A DNA stretch of 24,000 nt from the NCBI RefSeq assembly GCF_034471385.1, contig NZ_JARGYU010000002.1, positions 163,793-187,792 on the forward strand, given 5' to 3'. The notes below the pieces were generated by a model, which had not been told where the DNA came from, ran no database searches, and was given only the letters and a program-made list of their open reading frames with translations. The stretch comes from Lyticum sinuosum (GTDB taxonomy: Bacteria; Pseudomonadota; Alphaproteobacteria; Rickettsiales; Midichloriaceae). The position numbers and the translations under genes were made by a program. This document shows, in pieces, positions 6,721 through 14,767 of this stretch. How positions within the stretch are numbered: position 1 is the first letter of the stretch; each line of letters starts with the position of its first letter.

Positions 6721-8916
6721 ATGAAAAATAACAATGATACTCAATCTTTAACATCAAAATCACAATCTTTAAAAGAAGAAATTATAAAACTTCAAGAAAT
6801 AGCTAAAAATCATCAAGAAAAATTAACAACACCTTCAAAAGAAGAGTTACAAAAAAAGATAAAATCTTTAGAAAACGAAATACAAGAAGAACAAAAAAAC
6901 TTTCATAAGCAAAAAATAGAAGTAAAAAAATCTAAAGAAGAATTAGTAACAAAAAACAAAGAACTAGAAAATAAACGAAAAGTAGTGCAATTAAAAAGAA
7001 ATGAAGCTGCAAAAAAACCCAATGAAGAGGCAAAAAAACTCAATGAAGAAGCAAATAACATTGAATCAAATATATATAAAGCACAGAAAAAAAATTTTAA
7101 TAAATTATATGCCGAAGCTAAAGTATATTTGAAACAACGTTTTAACAAATCTCACATAAGAGATATTGAATTTGGTTCTGAAAATTTGACAGAACAGGAT
7201 TTAGAAAATCTAAAACTTGTTGTAGAACATAAATATGGAAAAATAGGAGAACGTCTAGAAAATAATGAGAAAATTCATCAAATATCAAAAAGTTTAACAA
7301 AAGGACTTTTCTCACATTCATTAGGTCCAGTAAAATATTTTGGTGTTTTTACTAATCTTTTAAAATTATCTAAAGGACTTACAGATAAAGAAAAACAGAA
7401 AGAAAAAGAAATAACGCAAGAAATTAATGAATTGAACAATAATGTAATAGAAATAAGAGATAAAATTTTTTCTGGTAAGTTTAATGAAAATGATCAAAAA
7501 GAATTATTAAGTAAATATCAAGAATATGTAGAGAAAAATCTAGAAATTGGACAAGAACCAAAAAAAATAAACGATCTTCAAAAGAGTAAAGATATAGTAG
7601 GAAATGTCAAACATTCTATCTCTACAATATTTACAAAATTTTCTTTAAAAAAAATAATTGCAAAAAAAACCATCGAAAATATTAATCCAATAGCAGGAGG
7701 AGTTTCTAATCTTATAGATGGAGCATACAATAATAAATCAGGAAAAATAGTTTCAGGTACACTTAAAGTAGTTGAATCTGTAGCTCCTGTAACAATACCA
7801 GCTTTAAAACTAACATCTACTACTTTTGCAGGAGTATTTTTAATAGTTAATCGTCTTAATAATTATAATGCTATTACTAATATGAAAGAACATAAATATT
7901 TAAAAGAGATGATGAATCAAATAATAGCTCAACAATCAAATATAAATATAGATAATCATTATGAAATACCTACTGAAGCAAAAAATGGATTACCTAAATT
8001 TTTATATGAAGATTATTCAAATGATGGAAACCATTTTTTTTCTGAAATTGATAAACTTAAAAATTTATCACAAAGTTTTGTTGATCAAAAAAGTAATTTT
8101 GATTTCTTAATAAAAGAACATACTGAAATAAAAATGGATAAAAACGCAGTTGAAAAGAAAATAGTAAAGTTCACAGACGAACAAAGAAAAGAAAAATTCC
8201 AGAATATGTTCAATAAATATTCTAAAATTACATCACAGGTAGATTTTATAATAAAATGTATTGAGGATACAGAAAGATCTCTTGTATTACAATCTTTTAA
8301 GCCTAAAGATCTTGAAACAATAAAAGATTTAGCAAAAAAAATATCTGATAATACAAATAAATTATTTAAGAATTATGCAAATAATCAAGATAACCCTAAG
8401 TTAAATCAAGATTTAAGTAAAAATATACAAGAATTCCAGGATTTATCAAAAAACCTGAAAGAAAAATTTTTAGAAAAATCAATAAAAATTGAAGGCATAG
8501 TTCACAAATTTGATATTGAGAAAATTGAAGCAATGGGCAACATTCAAAAAAAAGATTATGAAGAATATGATAATATTAAAAAAGAACTAAATGGAGAAGA
8601 TAAAGCAGATAAATTTCTTAGGGGGAGAAATCATAATGCAAACAGTAATACAAATATGGTAAAATACTCTGAACACACAGTTAAAACAATTGAAAGTGTA
8701 TTAAATCAGGATTTAGAACACAATAATAAGATTCATTTAGACTTTGATAAAGAAGCAATTAAATTAGCTATACAAAATACAGAAAACACAATATCATGGA
8801 AAAATACAAATGATAAAGTAACTGATATAAAGAAAATGACTGAATTACACAGTGAAGTGAATACTTTAAAGAGAATGTTACATCAAGATAATAACCATAG
8901 TGCAATTTCACACTAA
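6721..8916 (+). CDS. hypothetical 731-aa Lys/Glu/Asn-rich coiled-coil protein with internal hydrophobic/Gly-rich segments (orphan, probably a diverged paralogue of the 930-aa ORF)
   Basis: An uninterrupted 731-codon ORF preceded by agga 8-11 nt upstream of the ATG. Its domain order matches the upstream ORF: a charged repeat-bearing N-terminus, hydrophobic segments at about aa 191-216 (nt 7291-7368) and aa 321-378 (nt 7681-7854), then a long heptad-like C-terminal half and an Asn/His-rich patch (RGRNHNANSNTN). Confidence 0.85.
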   Translation: MKNNNDTQSLTSKSQSLKEEIIKLQEIAKNHQEKLTTPSKEELQKKIKSLENEIQEEQKNFHKQKIEVKKSKEELVTKNKELENKRKVVQLKRNEAAKKPNEEAKKLNEEANNIESNIYKAQKKNFNKLYAEAKVYLKQRFNKSHIRDIEFGSENLTEQDLENLKLVVEHKYGKIGERLENNEKIHQISKSLTKGLFSHSLGPVKYFGVFTNLLKLSKGLTDKEKQKEKEITQEINELNNNVIEIRDKIFSGKFNENDQKELLSKYQEYVEKNLEIGQEPKKINDLQKSKDIVGNVKHSISTIFTKFSLKKIIAKKTIENINPIAGGVSNLIDGAYNNKSGKIVSGTLKVVESVAPVTIPALKLTSTTFAGVFLIVNRLNNYNAITNMKEHKYLKEMMNQIIAQQSNINIDNHYEIPTEAKNGLPKFLYEDYSNDGNHFFSEIDKLKNLSQSFVDQKSNFDFLIKEHTEIKMDKNAVEKKIVKFTDEQRKEKFQNMFNKYSKITSQVDFIIKCIEDTERSLVLQSFKPKDLETIKDLAKKISDNTNKLFKNYANNQDNPKLNQDLSKNIQEFQDLSKNLKEKFLEKSIKIEGIVHKFDIEKIEAMGNIQKKDYEEYDNIKKELNGEDKADKFLRGRNHNANSNTNMVKYSEHTVKTIESVLNQDLEHNNKIHLDFDKEAIKLAIQNTENTISWKNTNDKVTDIKKMTELHSEVNTLKRMLHQDNNHSAISH

Positions 8917-8944
8917 AAATTATATTAATTATTATATTTTTTTT

Positions 8945-9108
8945 ATTTTTCTATTATTAAATAATTTTTTTACATAAAATATTCTACTTATTATTTGTTT
9001 AATATTAATATTTAATATATTTTTATTTATTTTTCTATTATTAAATAATTTTTTTACATAAAATATTCTACTTATTATTTGTTAATATTAATATTTAATA
9101 TATTTTTA
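8945..9108. repeat. tandem duplication (about 84 bp x2) filling the convergent spacer between the 731-aa ORF and pepA, ending exactly at the pepA stop codon
   Basis: The block atttttctattattaaataatttttttacataaaatattctacttattatttgtt(t)aatattaatatttaatatattttta occurs at 8945-9025 and 9029-9108. The only difference is a 1-nt indel. Confidence 0.9.
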
Positions 9109-10728
9109 ATTATTTTCAAAATACTCTTTTATAAGTCGATCAAGTAATATTACACCAAATCCTGTTGCACCTTTTTGTATAAATTTATCACCAGATTTAT
9201 TCCAAGAAACTCCTGCTATATCAATATGCGCCCATTTTCTATTACTTTGAATAAACCTCTTTAAAAATTGAGCAGCAGTTATGCTGCCTCCACCATATCC
9301 TTGTCCTACATTTTTTATATCTGCTATAGATGAATTAATCTGTTCATCATATCTTGTACCCATAGGTAATCTCCATATAAATTCACCAATTTTATCTCCT
9401 ATATCGGATATTTTTTTAGCTAAATCATCATCATTACTAAATAATCCAGCACAATTATTACCAAGAGCAACTTTAACGGCACCTGTTAATGTAGCTAAAT
9501 CTATTATTGTATTAGGTTGATATTTTTCTTGTACATACCACAAAACATCTGCAAGTACTAATCTTCCTTCTGCATCTGTATTATCAACTTCTATAGTTTG
9601 TCCTGACATTGATGTTATAACATCACCAGGTCGTTGTGCTTTACCTGAAGGCATATTCTCTACTAATCCTAAAACACCTATAGCATTAATTTTAGCTTTT
9701 CTTTTAGCTAAAGAATACATCAAACCAGTTACAACTCCTGCTCCACCCATATCATATTTCATTTCTGCTATATGGTCACTTCCTTTTAGATTTATACCTC
9801 CTGTATCAAAAGTTACTCCTTTTCCAACAAAAGAAATTAAATTATTTTGATAATTGTTATCTTTATTATTATCTTTATTATTATCTTTACCCCACCATTC
9901 TAAAATAACAAGATATGGGGGTTTATCACTACCTTGAGCAACTCCTAATAAAGCATTCATTCCTAAAGACTCCATTTCTTCTTTATCGATAATTTTTGCA
10001 ACAAGACCTACCTCTTTAGCTATTGCATTACAATAATTTGCGAAACTTTCAGGATATATAACATTTGCTGGCTCATTGATTAAATTTCTAGTTATATTCA
10101 TTCCATCAATCATTGCTTTTGTATCCTTAAATAATTCTTTTGTTTTTTCTAATATTTTATCAGAAACATATATATTAAGGTTTGAAAAATATATTTTATT
10201 ATCATCAGCTTTAGCTTTATAATATTTTGTAAAACTATAAGATTTTATTGCAACTCCTATAGCAATTTGATTGATAATATGCGGTATTTCTTCTTCTATA
10301 TCATCTATAATTAAATCAGCATTTTGATGACAAATATAATCAACTTTATCAAAGATACATGAGCCTACTAACTTCCATTTAGTTGATTGATCACCATCTT
10401 TTCCAATTAAAATAATGATTTTGTCTTTGCATATTCCACTTAATATTACACCTTTTCCAGAATTAGGTTTAAAATCATATCGTAAATTCAATGCATCTTT
10501 TATTGATTCAATATAGGTTGTTGATTCTAAATAATCTGAAAATTCATAATTTTTGACATCAGAATTAGTATAATTACTATCTTTATTTTGATAAAAATCT
10601 TTTGTATTTACAATATCATTTTGTATATCAGATTTATCTAAAGTTGATAAATTACTTCCAATCAAATGAATTGATGCTTTATTTTGACTATTTTTTAATA
10701 AATTTAAAGGAAAAATATTTATTTGCAT
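9106..10728 (-). CDS. pepA: leucyl (M17 family) aminopeptidase
   Basis: 540-aa ORF with the M17 signature NTDAEGRLVLAD. It also has VGKGVTFDTGGINLK and the MKYDMGGAG metal/active-site blocks. Confidence 0.95.
   Translation of the reverse strand: MQINIFPLNLLKNSQNKASIHLIGSNLSTLDKSDIQNDIVNTKDFYQNKDSNYTNSDVKNYEFSDYLESTTYIESIKDALNLRYDFKPNSGKGVILSGICKDKIIILIGKDGDQSTKWKLVGSCIFDKVDYICHQNADLIIDDIEEEIPHIINQIAIGVAIKSYSFTKYYKAKADDNKIYFSNLNIYVSDKILEKTKELFKDTKAMIDGMNITRNLINEPANVIYPESFANYCNAIAKEVGLVAKIIDKEEMESLGMNALLGVAQGSDKPPYLVILEWWGKDNNKDNNKDNNYQNNLISFVGKGVTFDTGGINLKGSDHIAEMKYDMGGAGVVTGLMYSLAKRKAKINAIGVLGLVENMPSGKAQRPGDVITSMSGQTIEVDNTDAEGRLVLADVLWYVQEKYQPNTIIDLATLTGAVKVALGNNCAGLFSNDDDLAKKISDIGDKIGEFIWRLPMGTRYDEQINSSIADIKNVGQGYGGGSITAAQFLKRFIQSNRKWAHIDIAGVSWNKSGDKFIQKGATGFGVILLDRLIKEYFENN
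9853..9888 (-). repeat. 12-nt in-frame tandem repeat x3 encoding (KDNN)3 inside pepA
   Basis: The plus strand reads attgttatcttt attattatcttt attattatcttt. The protein reads WWGKDNNKDNNKDNNYQNN, between conserved M17 blocks. Confidence 0.9.
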
Positions 10729-10899
10729 GAGATTAAATAATAAAAAATATTTGAAACTTGTTTAAAAATATTGTGCTTATAAATAATATAAACAGTTGAA
10801 TATACTTAAATATACTTATTTTAAATTTTACGGAAGTATATAAAAAAAATAAAAAAATAAAAAAATTTAAATAGTAGAAGAATTTGAACTAAAGATACA

Positions 10900-10969
10900 T
10901 AAAAATACGTTAAAAAATATATTCAAAAGTATATCAAAAAGTATATTAAAAAGTATATTTAATGTATAT
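10900..10969 (+). repeat. about six degenerate tandem 12-mers (yAAAAAGTATAT) in the pepA/rpmF divergent spacer
   Basis: Exact AAGTATAT occurs at 10927-10934, 10939-10946 and 10951-10958, with a degenerate ATGTATAT at 10962-10969. Weaker units lie upstream from about 10900. Confidence 0.7.
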
Positions 10970-11160
10970 TAATTTATGAAGTAAAATGATCTATTATATA
11001 TTTTAAAAAATTTTAATTTTAAGAAATTTTATACTAAAAAAAAATATCTAAATAGCTAAGTGAAATTTTTATAAAAAAATCATATTATTATCATATTATT
11101 ATTTATTAAAACTAGCAGTAGTAATTTATATTAATTAATAAGAACTAAATTTAGATAATA

Positions 11161-11188
11161 TTGACATATGAAGATTCATATATATAAT
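11161..11188 (+). promoter_or_regulatory. candidate sigma-70 type promoter upstream of rpmF
   Basis: TTGACA (11161-11166), a 16-nt spacer, then TATAAT (11183-11188), about 135 nt upstream of the rpmF ATG. TATAAT is common by chance in such AT-rich DNA, whereas TTGACA is not. Confidence 0.35.
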
Positions 11189-11323
11189 AATGAAGTGATT
11201 TATTCATTAAAAAGTTATTAGATATTTCTTTGATAAAAAATTATAATTTAATATAATTTTGTGTTTTTTTATCTTAGACAACTAAATTGATTGATAATAG
11301 ATAATTATTAATAATATAATAAT

Positions 11324-11539
11324 ATGGCAGTACCAAAAAAGAAAACTAGTAAAAGTAAAGGAGCAAAAAGAAGAAATCAAAATAATGCAACAAAATTAAG
11401 ATTACAAAGTAATAATATTATATTGAATAAAAGAGGGGAACCAGTTTTAAGACATCATATATCTGCTAAGGGTTTTTTTAAAAATAAAAGAGTTCTTCCT
11501 TTACCAAAAGAGGAAAATATTGATGATGCAACATTATAA
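11324..11539 (+). CDS. rpmF: 50S ribosomal protein L32
   Basis: The MAVPKKKTSKSKGAKRRNQ N-terminus and GEPVLRHHISAKGFFKNKRV match the cysteine-less L32 type (compare E. coli [20 protein letters not shown]). The gene lies upstream of plsX-fabH, as in many bacteria. Confidence 0.9.
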   Translation: MAVPKKKTSKSKGAKRRNQNNATKLRLQSNNIILNKRGEPVLRHHISAKGFFKNKRVLPLPKEENIDDATL

Positions 11540-11574
11540 ATTAAATATAATATAAATATAACAATAAATATTTT

Positions 11575-11592
11575 ATAGATTTTTTAATCTAT
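11575..11592 (+). terminator. weak hairpin plus T-rich tail after rpmF
   Basis: The arms atagatt and aatctat (7 bp, mostly A/T) flank a tttt loop and are followed by tttatattttt, 36 nt after the rpmF stop. Confidence 0.2.
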
Positions 11593-11950
11593 TTTATATT
11601 TTTATCTAAAATTAGTATTTTATAATCTTATACTTTCATATTTTTGCATAATTTTTTTGCTTAGTAATTTTAATATATAAAAAAAATAAATTATTTATAT
11701 TGGTTCTTAATACCTTAAGAAATAAAGTAAGAAATAAAGTTATAATATAAAAAAATACTTGAATATTGTATAAATATATAAATTAAAAATCACTTTAATT
11801 TTAAAATATTTAAATAAATTTGCAAAAATTATAAAAACTTCATAAAAATAGTTTTTTTACATAAATTTATATAAATTATTTAACTTTATTAAACAATTAT
11901 ATTTTCTCTAAATTATATAGAGTATTTGATATTATTTTTTATAAAATTTA

Positions 11951-13159
11951 ATGAATAATAAAATAGTTGTAAGTATCGACTTAATGGGTGGTGATTATTC
12001 TCCACTAGCCCCAGTTAAAGCTCTTGAATTGATACAAGAAACCTTACATTATTCTAATTGCTCATTTATTTTACATGGAAATAGTGATGCAAAAAAACTT
12101 TTGGAATCTAGCAATATTTCAAAAGATCTCTATATATTTAATCTAACTAACACTGAAGTATCAGCAGATGATAATCCATTAGATATTATGAGAGGGAAAA
12201 AAAATAATAGTAGTATGCAACTTTCCATTGAAGATGTTTCCCAAAAAAGAGCACATGTTGCTGTCTCATCAGGAAACACAGGCGCATTAATGGCATTATC
12301 AATAAGAATATTAGGCTGTATTAATGGTATAAAACGTCCTGCAATAGTTGGTACAATTCCTACAAAAAGAGGTAAATGTGTAATGCTAGATTTAGGAGGG
12401 AATTTAGAATGCGATGAAAAAATGTTACTTCAATTTGCTCTGATGGGTTCATGCTTTGCAAAGATCATATTAAGTCAGGAAAATACAAAAAATATAAACG
12501 ATAATTTATTAAATTCACATAAAATATTAAATAAAAATAACTTTCATGATAAAAATGAAGAACATCTTATTTATAATATAAAACAAAATAATGATATATC
12601 TGATTATAATCCAACTGTTGCTTTGTTAAATGTTGGAGTAGAATCAAATAAAGGTAGAAACACAGAGAAAAAAGCTTTTGATCTACTACAAAAATCAAAT
12701 CTTAATTTTATTGGATGTATTGAAGGACATCATATAATAGAAGGAAATGCGGATGTTATAGTAACAGATGGATATACAGGAAATGTTGTGCTTAAATCTG
12801 CAGAAGGTGTATCTAATTATATTAGAGATATACTAAAATTATCAGTAGAGAAAAATTTGATTAGTAAAATAGGAGGATTTTTTCTAAGTTCTAGTATAAA
12901 ACAAAACATGGAAAAAATAAGACCAGATAAAAACAATGGTGCAATGTTTGTTGGATTAAATGGAATAATTGTTAAGAGTCATGGTGGTTCCAAATCAGAA
13001 GGAATTGCTAATGCAATAAAAACAGCTATAATGCTTGCAGAAAATCATGTAAATGAAAGAATAATTAATGAAATAAATTGTATTGATTTTATCGATAAAA
13101 TTAAAAATAGTTCAGTAAAATTATTGAATATGCTACGTTTTAATGACACACCCAATTGA
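11951..13159 (+). CDS. plsX: phosphate acyltransferase PlsX
   Basis: The blocks SIDLMGGDYSP, AVSSGNTGALMA, ALLNVGVESNKG, VTDGYTGNVVLKSAEG and IVKSHGGS are PlsX blocks. The gene ends in TGA and overlaps the fabH start by 17 nt. Confidence 0.93.
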   Translation: MNNKIVVSIDLMGGDYSPLAPVKALELIQETLHYSNCSFILHGNSDAKKLLESSNISKDLYIFNLTNTEVSADDNPLDIMRGKKNNSSMQLSIEDVSQKRAHVAVSSGNTGALMALSIRILGCINGIKRPAIVGTIPTKRGKCVMLDLGGNLECDEKMLLQFALMGSCFAKIILSQENTKNINDNLLNSHKILNKNNFHDKNEEHLIYNIKQNNDISDYNPTVALLNVGVESNKGRNTEKKAFDLLQKSNLNFIGCIEGHHIIEGNADVIVTDGYTGNVVLKSAEGVSNYIRDILKLSVEKNLISKIGGFFLSSSIKQNMEKIRPDKNNGAMFVGLNGIIVKSHGGSKSEGIANAIKTAIMLAENHVNERIINEINCIDFIDKIKNSSVKLLNMLRFNDTPN

Positions 13160-14324
13160 ACATCAAAGAATTTATATATCTGGAGTAGGAGCTTCTCATC
13201 CTAAAAAATGCGTTCTAAATGAAGATTTACCTCTTCATCTTAATACTAGTGATGAATGGATTCAACAAAGAACAGGAATTAAACAACGTTATATTATAGA
13301 CGAAGGAGAGGATATTGTTTCAATAGCTTCTGAAGCTCTATTAAAAGCGCTTAAAATGGCTGGTATTAATCCATTAGATCTTGATGCGATAATATTAGCA
13401 ACAACAACTCCTGCTATGCGAATGCCATCAACTGCATCTTTAATACAAAATATTATAGGAAATTATAGATGTACAGCATTTGATATACAAGTTGCATGTG
13501 CTGGTTTTGTTACAGCTATACAAATAGCCTATGGGTTTATATTTAGTGGACAATTCAGTAAAATTGCTGTGATAGGTGCCGATTTAATGTCAAAAATCAT
13601 AGATTGGAATGATAGGAGTACATGTGTTCTTTTTGGTGATGGTGCAGGAGCAATTATTATAGAAAATAAAATGGAGGCTGAACTCGTTTATAATGCACAA
13701 AATTTAATGAATAATATAGATATAGATAATTTTAGTAAAAATTCATTTTATGAAAAAAATTTAACAGTTGATTATACAAATTATAATATAAATTCTTTAA
13801 ATAATAAGATAATTTCTTTCAATTCAGAAAAAGTTCAAGATTTAAACGAAAAAAAATATTTATTTGATAGTAGTGGTAATATTCCACAATCTGGAAATAT
13901 AATAGATCTTGTAAGTTATTCTCATGCAGATTTAAAAGATATACTATATGCCAATTGTGATGGTTTTATTACTATGAAAGGTATTAATGTATTTAAACAT
14001 GCTGTTCAAGAATTGACATTTATATCAAGATTATTAGTAAAAAGAAATAACTTAGATATATCTGATATATCCTGGGTAATTCCACATCAAGCAAATAAAA
14101 GAATTTTAGATGCTATAGCTTCTAATTTAGATATATCTATAGACAAATTTGTTATTACAGTTAATAAGTATGCGAATACATCTGCTGCTTCTATACCAAT
14201 GGCATTAGATTTTTTATATCATAATGGAGATAGTTTTTATAAAAGATTATCTAGTGGAGATTTAATAATAATGCTTGGTGTAGGATCTGGTATGATTTTC
14301 AATGGAATATTATTAAGGTGGTAA
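13143..14324 (+). CDS. fabH: 3-oxoacyl-ACP synthase III (FabH) with a large low-complexity insertion
   Basis: TSDEWIQQRTGIKQR is present. The catalytic Cys context is AFDIQVACAGFV, the His context is PHQANKRIL, and the Asn context is YANTSAASIP. At 393 aa it is about 70 aa longer than typical FabH. Confidence 0.93.
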   Translation: MTHPIEHQRIYISGVGASHPKKCVLNEDLPLHLNTSDEWIQQRTGIKQRYIIDEGEDIVSIASEALLKALKMAGINPLDLDAIILATTTPAMRMPSTASLIQNIIGNYRCTAFDIQVACAGFVTAIQIAYGFIFSGQFSKIAVIGADLMSKIIDWNDRSTCVLFGDGAGAIIIENKMEAELVYNAQNLMNNIDIDNFSKNSFYEKNLTVDYTNYNINSLNNKIISFNSEKVQDLNEKKYLFDSSGNIPQSGNIIDLVSYSHADLKDILYANCDGFITMKGINVFKHAVQELTFISRLLVKRNNLDISDISWVIPHQANKRILDAIASNLDISIDKFVITVNKYANTSAASIPMALDFLYHNGDSFYKRLSSGDLIIMLGVGSGMIFNGILLRW

Positions 14325-14327
14325 AAT

Positions 14328-14767
14328 AAAACAGTATAATGAAAAAAAATATTTTTATTTATTTTAATATTTTATAATTATTTTAATATTTTATAATTAC
14401 TAATTGATATTAATTAAATTTATTTTTTTTAATAGAATTACTTATTTTGTAATAAAAAATACATAAAATATATGAAATTAAACCAGATATTACTGTATAA
14501 GATGGTATATAAAATCCTCTAATTCCAATTAATTGAGATAATATACTAAAAACAGTATAATGAAAAAAAATATTTTTATTTATTTTAATATTTTATAATT
14601 ATTTTAATATTTTATAATTACTAATTGATATTAATTAAATTTATTTTTTTTAATAGAATTACTTATTTTATAATAAAAAATACATAAAATATATGAAATT
14701 AAACCAGATATTACTGTATAAGATGGTATATAAAACCCTCTAATTCCAATTAATTGAGATAATATAC
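14328..14767. repeat. near-perfect tandem duplication (about 221-bp period: 14328-14546 and 14549-14767) of the fabH/symporter spacer plus the last 45 codons and stop codon of the symporter gene
   Basis: Base-by-base alignment at an offset of 221 shows only two mismatches (g14449/a14670 and t14515/c14736). Copy A starts 4 nt after the fabH stop. Confidence 0.95.
14410..14546 (-). pseudogene. displaced duplicate of the symporter 3' end (last 45 codons plus stop)
   Basis: Equivalent to 14631-14767 of the intact gene with 2 substitutions. It has no upstream coding continuation or start codon. Confidence 0.85.

Noticed and set aside
6903-7148. 81-aa minus-strand ORF
   Set aside because: It is antisense within the Lys/Glu-rich N-terminal region of the 731-aa ORF.
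8966-8985. The shared motif tttttacataaa(a/t)t also seen near 11853 and 20376
   Set aside because: It is short and A/T-only. It occurs on inconsistent strands and positions relative to genes, so chance recurrence is the likely explanation.
9281-9520. 79-aa plus-strand ORF
   Set aside because: It is antisense within the conserved C-terminal half of pepA.
10729-11323. Replication origin in the long AT-rich pepA/rpmF spacer
   Set aside because: I found no TTATCCACA-like DnaA boxes on either strand, and there is no dnaA, dnaN or hemE context. AT-richness alone is uninformative in this genome.
13143-13159. Possible TGA-to-Trp recoding (genetic code 4), suggested by the plsX TGA stop overlapping fabH
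   Set aside because: All conserved ORFs are intact under the standard code and Trp is encoded by TGG (for example tgg at 18403). Reading through this TGA hits a TAA 15 codons later with no gain in homology.
266-14767. Whether the tandem repeats at 266-660, 8945-9108 and 14328-14767 could be CRISPR arrays
   Set aside because: Each has only two long units (84-221 bp) that abut directly with no unique spacers. The units include gene 3' ends, and there are no cas genes. They are segmental duplications.
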